A stretch of DNA of 64,000 bases from Octopus sinensis (Eukaryota): the NCBI RefSeq assembly GCF_006345805.1, contig NC_043015.1, positions 49,538,001-49,602,000 of the forward strand. The letters are read 5' to 3'. Within the stretch, counting starts at the first letter, position 1, and each line of letters begins with the position of its first letter. Of this stretch, positions 12,089 through 23,899 are shown piece by piece. Made by a program: the position numbers and the translations under genes. Below the pieces are notes generated by a model. The model made no database searches and was not told the origin of the DNA. It saw nothing but the letters and a program-made list of their open reading frames with translations.

Positions 12089-12521
12089 CGTCGTTGCTGC
12101 TGTTAGGGTTAGGCTCTTGTCCTTGTCGTGTTGTTGTTCCTGTTGCTGTTGTTTACATTGCCATCGCAATCACTGATATTGTTTTCACATTTAGATTCCG
12201 TTTTGTTTTTGTTTTTATTTCTTTGTTTGGTCTGCAAAGTCCTGGCATCCGGAATCGACATCCTGGTTTTAGTTTCTGTTTGGAAATAGTTTAATTACAT
12301 TAAAATCGGTGTCAACGACATGGACAGCACAATCGCTCGTTTATCCAACAAAACGTTAAAATCTTTTCATTTCCGGAGGTTAATAGCAGGAGCTGTTTTC
12401 GTGACTGCGGCAAAGATTTTAATCAAAGTTATCAACAACGAAACATATAAGCACGAAACCGACCCATCTCCCTTTTAAAACAATCACTTGTTATTACAAT
12501 TGTTTCAAATTTTCGAACAAG

Positions 12522-12691
12522 GCGTAGGATTGGCTGTGTGGTAAGTAGCTTGTTTACGAACCACATGGTTCCAGGTTCAGTCCCACAACGTGACAGCTTG
12601 GGCAAGTGTCTTCTACTATAGCCTCGGGCCGACCAAAGCCTTGTGAGTGGATCTGGTAGACGGAAACTGAAAGAAACCCCTCGGGTATATG

Positions 12692-12766
<75 letters not shown>

Positions 12767-12850
12767 GTGTATGTGCGGGTGTCTATGTTTGTGTGTCTGT
12801 GTTTGTTCCCCCCCCCAACATCGCTTGACAAACGATGCTGGTGTGTTTGC
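12522..12850 (+). mobile_element. SINE family C with internal TA tract, 3'-truncated
   Basis: ggcgtaggattggctgtgtggtaagtagcttg head. Confidence 0.8.
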
Positions 12851-12851
12851 G

Positions 12852-13148
12852 AAACACCCATGTTTCCAAAGGTGAATTATCCAACCCCAAAGAATCCCTC
12901 TCAACACATGGTTATGATACTCCCCCACTACTTCTGCTCGTGATCAGAGATGCACATATCATCAGCCACTAAGAGACATGCTCAACTGGTTAAGGTCAAA
13001 CAACTGACAAGCAAATCTGTGATATTGAGCAGAATATTTGCTGTAGCCCATCTTTTATACAAAGACAAGACAATGTACATGATAACACTTCCAATCAGTT
13101 AAGATCAGAAGCCATGAGAGCCACTGCTTGATACTGCATCAGGGCATT
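12852..13148 (+). mobile_element. 5'-truncated copy of the 10935 element
   Basis: Direct homology with about 11200-11495. Confidence 0.75.
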
Positions 13149-13154
13149 TATTAA

Positions 13155-13190
<36 letters not shown>

Positions 13191-13921
13191 CATCATCATC
13201 ATCATCATCATCATCATTATTATTATTATTATTATTATCATTATTATTATTATTACTTTTTTTTTCTTCTTTCAAATTTGCTTCCATTTCTTCTTCTTCT
13301 TCTTCTTCTTCTCTTCTTCTTCTTCTTCTTATTATTATTATTATTATTATCAGTACGTATGGTGCATCACCAAATATTGGGACATGGAGTCACATCACGT
13401 TTCCAGCAACAACAATATTTGTTAAAACCTCACCACCTCTACTATCGCCGCCATTTCAAGCTTCACTTTATCTTAATTTTGCTCTCCAGATTAAAACAAA
13501 CAGTTTCGTTCATGACAGAACAAAGACAAAAAACAATTTCTTTTTATATCGCTTTAATGAATATTAATATTAGCTTTTTTATCAACAGGGTTTTCACGTC
13601 TCTGACTGTGTCTTTCTATTTGTAACATTCATAAAATCGGTTTAAAAACGATAGAGAAAAATGATGGCGAATCAGAGATGTCAGCTTGTCTTACTATCTT
13701 CATAAATGACGCCGTTTTCAGGCTTCAAATTTACAGCAGAAATAAAGAAAGGAATGCAATAACGAAGTTGTATAACTGAACGTGGAGTTTCATTGAATAG
13801 TCTGGTTGTCTCGCTTATTGCAATATTTATTAATGACGCAAAAGATACGTAATCATGTAGTCTTTAATACCGCGATAATAAATAGTTTTAGAATGTCAAT
13901 TTGTTTTATATAATTATTATT

Positions 13922-14780
13922 AAGGGCGGCAAGCTGGCAGAAACGTTAGCGCGCCGGGCGAAATGCGTAGCCGTATTTCGTCTCTCGTTACGTTCTGAGT
14001 TCAAATTCCGCCGAGGTCGACTTTGCCTTTCAACCTTTCGGGGGTCGATTAAATAAGTACCAGTTACGCACTGGGGTCTATATAGTCGACTTAATCCGTG
14101 TGTTTGTCCTTGTTTGTCCTATCTGTGTTTAGCCCCTTGCGGGTAGTAAAGAAATAGGCGTTTCGTCTGCCGCTACGTTCTGAGTTCAAATTCCGCCAAG
14201 GTCGACTTTGCCTTTCATCCTTTCGGGGTCGATTAAATAAGTACCAGTTACGCACTGGGGGTCGATATAATCGACTTCATCCGTTTGTCTGTCCTTGTTT
14301 GTCCTCTCTGTGTTTAGCCCCCTTGCGGGTAGTAAAGAAATAGGCATTTCGTCTGCCGCTACGTTCTGAGTTCAAATTCCGCCGAGGTCGACTTTGCCTT
14401 TCATCCTTTCGGGATCGATAAATTAAGTACCAGTTGCGTACCGGGGTCAATCTAATCGACTGACCCCCTCCCCGAAAATTTTGGGCCCTGTGCCTAGAGA
14501 AGAAAAGATTATTACTAAGGGCGGCGAGCTGGCAGAAACGTTAGCACGCCGGGCGAAATGCTTAGCGGTATTTCGTCAGCCGCTACTTTCTGAGTTCAAA
14601 TTCCACCGAGGTCAACTTTGCCTTTCATCCTTTCGGAGTCGATTAAACAAGTACCAGTTACGCACTGGGGTTGACATAATCGACTTAATCCGTTTGTCTG
14701 TCCTTGTTTGTCCCCTCTGTGTTTAGCCCCTTGTGGGCAGTAAAGAAATAGGTATTTCGTCTGCCGTTACGTTCTGAGCT
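13922..14780 (+). mobile_element. Family E SINE array: head-A-A-B, then head-A-(partial)
   Basis: Recurrent junction aaagaaatagg(c/t)(g/a)tttcgtctgccg; tail B at about 14460-14513. Confidence 0.85.
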
Positions 14781-15109
14781 CACCGCCTTGAAGGGTGTTA
14801 GTCGAACAAATCGACCCCGGACTTATTTATTGTGAAGCTTTATACTTATTCTATCGGTCGCTTTTACCGAACCGCTAAGTTACGGGGACGCAAACTCACC
14901 CAAACCGGTTGTGAAGCGGTGGTGGAGGACAAACACAGACACGTGTGAGTATGTGTGCGTCTATGCGTGAGTGCGTGCGTACGTGTGTGTATGTGTGTGT
15001 GTGTGTGTGTGCATGTGTGTGTGTGTGTGTGTGTGTGCGTGTGTATAGAATGGATGAGACGATAACAGCGGAAGTAAGATAACCACTATACCTTTCTGTT
15101 TTGGGCCCT

Positions 15110-15355
15110 AGAACTCGTAGGCATAGTTACCCGGTTTCGGTGGAGGTATAAGCTAAAGTTAATGAGATGACACCACTTCCCCCTGGACGGGACGCCAGTC
15201 CGTCGCAGACTTACTCACTTATAGCAGAGTTGACTGGCGCAACGTGAAATGAAGTGTTTTGTTCGAGAACCGAACGCACCACCCAGACCGGGAACCGAAA
15301 GCACGATCTTGCGATTGTAATTCCGACATTGTAACCGCTAAGCCTCGCGCCTTCA
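15110..15355 (-). mobile_element. SINE head B + tail Y, decayed
   Basis: ctggacgggacgccagtccgtcgcag...aacgtgaaatgaagtgtttt. Confidence 0.65.
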
Positions 15356-16543
15356 CTCCCCAATTGAATTATCGACGTTTATCTATTGTGTTTTAATCCA
15401 TTTTCCGTTTAGTCACAAGACAGCCGACAATTCTACGTGTCTCATTTCACTTCACTAAACTGCAGAGATTTTCGGAGGTGTATTTACGTTTGGCAGACTA
15501 TCGATTTATCCAGGAGAAAATTCATGTCTTTCAGAGAAAAGCACCAGTTCTCATGAGTTTTTCTGAGATGCTAAACATATTTACGTTTTCTTCAAATTAT
15601 ATGATAAGTCTCTTAACTAAAGCCAGACCAAAATAAGAATATATCTTTGATATTGATTTGTCAAAGACAGGACTATTTTCAGCAATACTAAAGTAAGAAA
15701 AAAAACAAACAAACAAAAACGAAGAAAGAGGGAGAAATAAAAGAAAGATTTAAACATCAATGCCTCAGAGAGATAGCTATTATTACTAAATAACTAACGA
15801 ATAAATATCGTTTACATTCTTCTTCAGCTATATTCACGCACTCTCATCTCCTTTGTGGAAACTTATAAAGGACAGGTTGTTACAAACTACAGACTATAGA
15901 CGTGAGCAGCAAAAAGCAATGGAGATTTGCCAACATTGCCCGCGACATTGGCTGCAAGTCGGTCAAGCTCCACAGATTTGGCAAAGTAACCGCCCACCAG
16001 TAGTTTTATATTATGAAGAATGAATGGAGAAAGCTGTGAGATTACGCACATTTTTCGCAGTAAATTAACGATGCATAACAGGTGGTTTACAAATGGGAAT
16101 TGATACCGAATTACTGGCCAGGTTTTAGTGGGAAGTTGTAGCTTCATCTCACCTGACACTTCAACCAGCAATTTAGCTCAGGAGTCTCCAAGTGCTTTCT
16201 TGATCTGGTAGCAAAAAACAGTCAAACCTTCGTAGAAACAAATAATTCAAGCTCACAAATTCTATAATAGGAAAACGGAAAAAGAAAAAAATAAATTGCA
16301 AAACTAGATTGCGTAACTTTATCCGATAAACACCAACGACATCAACATCATCTTATGTAAGATAAAAAGAATAAAAAAAAAACATGAAGGGTTCTAAAAA
16401 ATGGGCAGAACCGAATTCACGAAACAGCAGCTACAGGCTCAGGCGTGGCTGTTTGGTCAACAAGCTTTGTTTTGTAATCATGCGGGTTCGGGTTCAGCCC
16501 TCGCTGCACTGTACCATTGACAAGTGTCTTGTATAATAGCACC

Positions 16544-16922
16544 GTGGAAGCGCAATGGCCCAGTGGTTAGGGCAGCGGACTCGCGGTCGTAGGATCGCGG
16601 TTTCGATTCCCAGACCGGGCATTGTGAGTGTTTATTGAGCTAAAAAACACCTAAAGTTTCACAAGGCTCCTGCAGGGGATGGTGGTGAACCCTGCTGTAC
16701 TCTTTCACCACAACTTTCTCTCACTCTTTCTTCCTGTTTCTGTTGTACCTGTATTTCAAAGGGCCAGCCTTGTCACACTCTGTGTCACGCTGAATCTCCT
16801 CGAGAACTACGTTAAGGGTACACGTGTCTGTGGAATGCTCAGCCACTTGCACGTTAATTCCACGAGCAAGCTGTTCCGTTGATCGTATCAGCTGGGACCC
16901 TCATCGTAACCGACGGAGTGCT
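16544..16922 (+). mobile_element. tRNA SINE head A + tail X nested in a family C copy
   Basis: Full head and tail; tataatagc on both sides; family C sequence at 16435-16543 resumes after 16925. Confidence 0.8.
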
Positions 16923-17040
16923 CCTATCCTATAATAGCGCCAGGCAATTATAGAAGACAAATGCGTTGTGAGAGAATTTGATTAAAGGAAACGGTGTGGA
17001 AGCCCGTCGTGTGCGTTTGTGCGTGTATGTGTGTGTGTAT

Positions 17041-17084
<44 letters not shown>

Positions 17085-17370
17085 TGTGTGTATAAATATA
17101 TAAACTCCTATTGGAATTTACATACCACGGACAGGAAGTATGTAAGTATGTAAGTATGAAGTGTTTGTATGTAAGTGTATGTGTCTTCTCATTTGTATCT
17201 GTGCAACACCATGGCTTGACCCCATTGTTGGCTTGCTTACGTCACTGTAACCTAGCGTTTCGACACAAGATATCAATAGAATAAGTAGCAGACTTCAAAA
17301 CAAAATAAGTGCTGGTCTCGAATTCGTCCGACTAATATTCTTCGAGGCGTTACACCTCGATAAAAGATAA

Positions 17371-17558
17371 CGCAAGAGTGGCTGCGTGGTAAGAAGCTTG
17401 CTTACCAACCACATGGTTCCGGGTTCATTCCCACTGCATGGCACCTTGGGCGAGTGTCTTCTACTATAGCCTCGGGCCGACTAAAGCTTTGTGAGTGGAT
17501 TTGGTAGACAGAAAATGCAAGATGCCCGTCGTATATATATATATACATATATATATAT

Positions 17559-17599
<41 letters not shown>

Positions 17600-17642
17600 G
17601 TGTGTGTAGTTGTGTGTGTGTGTGTATGTATGTATATATGTG

Positions 17643-17689
<47 letters not shown>

Positions 17690-18089
17690 GTATGTATATA
17701 TGTGTGTATATACATATATGTATATATATGTATGCATGTATGTATGTATGTATGTATGTATGTATGTATATATATATATATGTATATATATATGTATGTA
17801 TATATGTATATATGCATGTATGTATATATCTATGTATATATGTATGTATTTATGTATGTATGTATGTCTGTATGTATGTATTTGATATTTGTGTCTGTTT
17901 GTCCCTCCACCATCGCTTGACAACCGATGTTGGTGTATTTACGTACCGGTCACCAAGCGGTTCGGCAAAAAGAGACCGATAGAGTAAGTACAAGACTTAC
18001 AAAGAATAAGCCCCGGGTTTGATTTGTCCGACTAAAAAGGCGCTGCTCCAGCATGACCGCAGTCAAATGACTGAAACCAATAAAAGAAT
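17371..18089 (+). mobile_element. SINE family C with ~350-bp internal TA/TG/TATG tract
   Basis: Head and 3' half intact; tract at about 17532-17890. Confidence 0.85.
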
Positions 18090-18298
18090 ACCATTTTTTT
18101 TATTTCTCCGCAAATGTAGGCAATTTCGTCAAATCTGTTTATTGAGCTTGGGAATATTGGATTAATTACTCATTAAACCATAAAGCGAAGAATTAATTAT
18201 CTTGAGAAAAACATATTTTAATCTATAGACTGGAAAAAAAAATATTGATTGGTTGAGCGTGACCTTCGCTACAACAAAACGCAGACGAGCCATGCATG

Positions 18299-18299
<1 letters not shown>

Positions 18300-18368
<69 letters not shown>

Positions 18369-18439
18369 TTGTCTGTGTGTTTGTCTGTCTGTCTGACCCT
18401 CTGTCTCTCTCTCTCTATCTATCTATTTGCCTGTCTGCC

Positions 18440-18518
<79 letters not shown>

Positions 18519-18546
18519 CCTACCTACCTACCTACCTATCTATCTA
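18300..18546. repeat. (ATCT)n microsatellite; another at about 18955-19080
   Basis: Direct. Confidence 0.95.
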
Positions 18547-18559
18547 ATGAATGACGAAG

Positions 18560-18955
18560 CTACCTTGAGCATAATCCTATGAACCCAGAAATTGAAAACA
18601 GAGGGTTACCCACTCGCAAACAAATGTGGTAACATGTAACAATATTTTACCGAGGTTACCGTGGTCTTTTCCGTAGGCTTTTCTTCCCACGGATAAACCT
18701 TATCTGCTTCCCCCTTTACACCGTACATCATGACACTGTGATACACGATCTCTATTGATCGCATTTTTCTTTTTCCCCTTCTTTCCTTTCTTTTTCTTCT
18801 TTTTTTTCTTTTTTCTTTTTTTTTTCTTCTTTCCCTTTTACGATCCCTTTTGATCGAAAACCTACCCCACCCTTTTTTTTTCCAAAAAAAGAAAAGCTCT
18901 ACTTTGTAATCTGTTCCTTCTGTGTGCAACCCTGTGTGGCTAATAAAGAAACATA
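18560..18955 (+). mobile_element. 3' end of a LINE-like element
   Basis: Pyrimidine-rich 3' region ending ccctgtgtggctaataaagaaaca, a tail shared with SINE tail A and 57960-57987. Confidence 0.5.
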
Positions 18956-18971
18956 TCTATCTGTCTCGCTC

Positions 18972-19048
<77 letters not shown>

Positions 19049-19511
19049 ATTATCTATCTATCTGTGTACTTTTATCTACTAATCGATCTATTGCTATTTC
19101 TCCCTCTCTCCCACCCCAGTCACTCCCCTCTCTCTCTTTCTCTCCCTCACTCTGTCCTCTTCTCTTTCCCCATCGTATAACTTAATTTATTAAATAAATA
19201 TAGAGTATAAAAGTCAAATGTTAAGGGAAATAGAATTAAAGTGTCCATCGTCTGGTCCAGTGTCTTCATTTAATTAATATAAAACGGATAATTAAATACA
19301 CAAGAGGGTGTTCAAAATATTATAAGTCCAACATAAGAGATAATCAAATGAAACGATAGTTTGGTACTACCGTCAAAGGGGTCATAGCCAGGCCTCAAAA
19401 CGTTTTGGAATCAATCCGCGTATCTGTGAAACTACTCAGCAATGATATTATTTTCTACACAAGGCATAAGGCCCGAAATTTTGGAGGAGAGGGCCAGTCG
19501 ATTAGATCGAT

Positions 19512-19740
19512 GCCGCTAAGGCAGAGGTAATGTCTTCAGTCGCGTTTGTTCGTTTGTTTGTTTATTCGTGGACAAGATCTCTCAAGAACTGCTGGATGGA
19601 TTCAGATGAAACTTTCAGGGTTGTTTGGCCTCGTGACTGACATGAACTGATTAGATTTTAGGATCGATCCGGTACCGGACAAGGATTCTGGATTATTTTT
19701 CCTGTGTTTTTTTTTTTTTACTTAATTTTTCAGAGCGATA
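19512..19740 (-). mobile_element. Helentron/DINE-like element, 3' part
   Basis: Reverse complement of about 43420-43630. Confidence 0.65.
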
Positions 19741-19790
19741 GGGTTCATTCTTAGTATTTATTATTTTTCCTATTTTAATGTCGCTTGCCT

Positions 19791-19954
19791 GAAAATCTTT
19801 CGTCACACATTCTGTGACCTCTTCAGCGACTCTCCATCACATGTGTTCCCTCCTGTTCTGTTTAGAAAGACAGAATGGACTAAACAGAACAGAAGGAGAC
19901 ACATGGGATAAAGAGTCGCTGAAGAGGTCACAGGAGGTGTGACGAAAGGTTTCC
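19791..19954. repeat. ~165-bp foldback hairpin
   Basis: ~75-bp imperfect arms (gtgacctcttcagcgactct / agagtcgctgaagaggtcac) around a 14-nt loop. Confidence 0.85.
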
Positions 19955-20502
19955 ATACAAATGACACTAAAATATGAACAATAATAAATCTGAAGTGAAA
20001 AACGAATAATAATGCAGGTGTTTATTTGGCAATGAGAAAAAAAAGACCATCCCAAAATATAACAAAGCTTGAATACAAGTAATGGTATCAGATTTTTCCT
20101 GTTTAATCAAATCTATTCACACACTTATAGGATTATATGATCTAAAGATATCTAAAACTTACTTTTGTGTCGATTTTGTGCAGAGCAGAATAAATACGCT
20201 ATTGTGCTGAAGGAGAAAGAATCTTTCTTTTTTTCTATTTTCAAAACCTAATCTAGCGAAATCGTTATCATGCCGGACAAAATGCTTCGTGGCATTTCGT
20301 TCGTCTTTACGTTTTGAGTTTAAATTCCGGAAGAACAGCCAAACCAATTGCACTATGTCCCAAAGGTTCGTAAGTGTAAAAGGCACTAAAAATGCTCCAG
20401 TAGGAGCTATTTATCACTACGAGGAATATGAGAACGCTTAACAACGGATATTATCTAGAACCACCAGTCAACAAAATGACGGATCTCTAAATACATGTTC
20501 TT

Positions 20503-20733
20503 ATTTCTTTATTGCCCACCAGGGGCTACACATAGAGGGGACAAACAAGGACAGACCAACGGATTAAGTCTATTATATCGACCCCAGTCCGTAATTGGTA
20601 CTTATTTAATCGACCCCGAAAGGATGAAAGGCAAAGTCGACCTCGGCGGAATTTGAACTCACAACGTAACGGCAGACGAAATACCGCTAAGGATATCGCC
20701 CGGCGTGCTAACGTTTCTGCCAGCTCACCGCCT
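20503..20733 (-). mobile_element. Full-length family E SINE monomer (tail A)
   Basis: 17-bp TSD tctaaatacatgttctt at 20486-20502 and 20734-20750. Confidence 0.9.
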
Positions 20734-21118
20734 TCTAAATACATGTTCTTGATATATTTAAGCAAATTTGGAGATTCAAGCGTAACGCAAGTCTTTGAAG
20801 TGAAAAAGCACGATATCCTTTATTCGTATAGAATACAGAATGTAAAAAGACAAGGAGTAACTATGTTATCAAAGAAACAAAAGATTGCAAATGTCTCAGG
20901 CTTGTAACTAGGAGGGATCGATGAGGATCTTTTTCAATGCTATAAGTAAGATGGTAACAACTTTTCAAACCTTCGCCTCAAACTCAAGTTGTAATGACAA
21001 AGTGTCAGATGAATTCTTTGACGGGTGGCATGCAAAATGTACCAGTTCCTACGGGACAGCTATTATGTGTTCAATGGAGATTTCAAGACTAATTTAAGAG
21101 AAAGCTAATGTAAGAACT

Positions 21119-21509
21119 AGTGGAGGCGCAATGGCCCAGCGGACTCGCAATGGCCCAGCGGACTCGCGGTCGTAGGATCGCGGTTTCAATTCCCAGACCG
21201 GGCGTTGTGAGTGTTTATTGAGCGAAAACACCTAAAGCTCCACGAGGCTCCGACAGGGGGTGGTGGTGATCCCTGCTGTACTCTTTCACCACAACTTTCT
21301 CTCACTCTTACTTCCTGTTTCTGTTGTACCTGTATTTCAAAGGGCCGGCCTTGTCACTCTCTGTGTAACGCTGAATATGCCCGAGAACTACGTTAAGGGT
21401 ACACGTGTCTGTGGAGTGCTCAGCCACTTACACGTTAATTTCACGAGCAGGCTGTTCCGTTGATCGGATCAACCGGAACCCTCGTCGTCGTATCCGACGG
21501 AATGCTTCC
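21119..21509 (+). mobile_element. SINE head A + tail X with rearranged head
   Basis: 12-bp TSD aatgtaagaact; 19-bp duplication gcaatggcccagcggactc in place of part of the A-box. Confidence 0.85.
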
Positions 21510-21849
21510 AATGTAAGAACTGAACTAGGTAAATGATGGGAGAAAATATGGAGTTAGGAAATGAAATGAGCGTAGTTTAAAACTGCTGCGGTTCTGTGCA
21601 ATAAATGGTCTCGCGTTAAAAGGTACCCTGCTCTCCCTCTCAATGAACATACGGGTAACACGGGTATCACTTGACAATAACAAGCAGGGAAAACAAAAAA
21701 AGAAAAGGAAGACAAAATTAAAAAGAACAGTAGAACATAACATTCAGGTTAGATAGGTTCTGATCATTTTTTTCTCTCGGTAAATTCTGAAATAGCACGA
21801 AAAGAAGCAAACTAGAATATAAACGGTAGTAAAAACGATATGATGTGGA

Positions 21850-22610
21850 AAAAATAGCTCATAAAATATCTGCTACGGAAATTTCAAATACAAACAGGTG
21901 GGGTATTGTCACACCTTTGTTTCAGCTCGAGACAGAGTGACATAGACAAAGTGTTAGAGTCATTCATAGAAACGACATACAAAGTGAGAGAAGAAGCTGT
22001 GTATGAACAACGGGAAAGCTGAATAAACCAGACGATATTGTCAGTATCGAACGATACAAAGGAATGAACAAAGTACCTCAAAATAACATTTAAAACACAA
22101 AAGAACAAAAGCTTACAAGACGAACTTTATGGACTACTAAAAGCTTCAAGAACAATAATAATCGCAACTTTTTTTCACGTCTGTCTGTGAAACGGAAAGA
22201 AAGAACAGAGAAAGTATACAGTGTATCCAATAATAAAGACGATAATACATATTTCTATACAAATCTAGAAGAGCATTTCGAACAACCCTTTTACACTAAG
22301 TTACAAGAAAAATCCAGAAGATATTTCAAAAGTCCAGGATTCTCTATCCGTTTTGGGTAGCGAAGAAATAGAAATGACAATAAAATGAGAGTGCGGGCAG
22401 GAATATTTGGCAGAGTCCGAAATACCAACCCACTGCCTAGAAACTGAACCCATATCACTCTGTTCGAGCGTAATGACACAACCGGGGCTTTGTGAGAGAT
22501 TGATAACATCAACAAACAACTGGCCAATCAAATATCCTGTAGAAATCACTGCATCAACACGAACACGATTTGTTCAGTGGTTGATGATGTCAGCAATCAA
22601 CTGACGATTC
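21850..22610 (+). pseudogene. Decayed coding sequence, probably LINE ORF1-like
   Basis: A-rich frame with stops and shifts: PDDIVSIERYKG / KYLKITFKT and Cys-rich ECGQEYL...THCLE; assignment from motif resemblance only. Confidence 0.35.
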
Positions 22611-23131
22611 GAATCTCTGGTACAGGCATGCTGTCGTTAACATTTTGTTTTTGACGCCATTTTCCCTTAGCTGAGCCTTTACCTCTATATGGAATTGTCG
22701 GTCCGCTAACAGCCAGTGGTGGCTCACGGCTTAAGCCATTCAATTTCTAGAACAGTCACCATTCACAGCGACTGTCGTTTTTGACACTCAACAATCTGTT
22801 CAAAACTGTTGAACTTTTTAACTGCGGTAGACATTTATTTTTCGTTGTCGATCGTAACAACAATACATTGTTTTGTTTAAGAGTAAATAAATATTTTTGT
22901 ATGCGGAACTTCACATGCACTTCTCTGTGCTTTCATTTACTTCTCAATGCAATCAACTCGTTACACTGGTGACAACAGAACAGAAATATATATTTACGTT
23001 GCAAATGATAAACCCCAAAACACCTGGTTTAGATGTCGTCAACACTGAAGTACTAAGAGCAGGAGGAGGAGGAGGAGGAGACTACATGGTTAGTATATTA
23101 TACATAATATTTAAGGTAAATAAAAAAAGAT

Positions 23132-23712
23132 AAAGCGATGAGCTGGCAGAATTGTTAGCACGCCGGGCGAAATGCTTAGCGGCATTTCGTCCGTCTCTCC
23201 ATTCCGAGTTCGAATTCAGTCGAGGTTCGATTTTGCCTTTCACTCCATTCGGGGGGGGGGGGGGATCGATAAAATAAGTACCAGTCATGAACTGATCGAC
23301 GTAATCGACCTAGCCCACCCCTCTGAAATTGCTGGCCTTGTGCCAAAATTTGAAACCAATATTTAATGGAAAATGGAAAACAGACAAACAAAAATAACCG
23401 CAAAAGACTGGGTCTTCATGCTGCTTACAACAGTATAAATAAAAAGGGTGACAAGCGGACCCCCGAAAACTTCAAGGCGAATATCCTTTTTATCAGTATT
23501 GGCGAAAATAAAGGTGGCGAGTCGGCATAATCGTTAGCACATCGGACAAAATGCCTAACGGTATTTCTTCCGAGTTTTTACGCCCTGAACTCAAATCAAG
23601 GCGAGGACAATTTTGCCTTTCATCGGTTCGAGTTCGATGAAATAAAATAATAAAATACCAGTCAAGTAGTGGAGTCCATGTAATCGATCTGATCCCTCTG
23701 CTTAAAATTGCT
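23132..23712 (+). mobile_element. Two decayed family E SINEs
   Basis: Heads at about 23132 and 23510 with Nin-like bodies. Confidence 0.7.
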
Positions 23713-23899
23713 CCAGCTGGCTATACGACACGATCTGTGTCCTTATATTTTCGAACAAGGGAATCTAGCATCCCAACTCAGCTCAAAACAATATCTGTGT
23801 ATCGCGATTTCTTGGTTGTTTCCCTTCATCAACACAGAATAATTGTTCGGACAGAGGCGGCGCTGCTAAATTCCCGTTAGGAAAATATATAGTTTTCAA

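Noticed and set aside
15887-16171. 94-aa ORF with ankyrin-like GKSPLLFAA, and plus-strand frames TIDVSSKKQW.../DYRREQQK...
   Set aside because: Starts at TTG, the motif is incomplete and splice signals are poor
22960-23060. PH-domain-like LVTTEQKYIF/YVANDKPQNTWF
   Set aside because: Needs a frameshift and hits a stop before any donor
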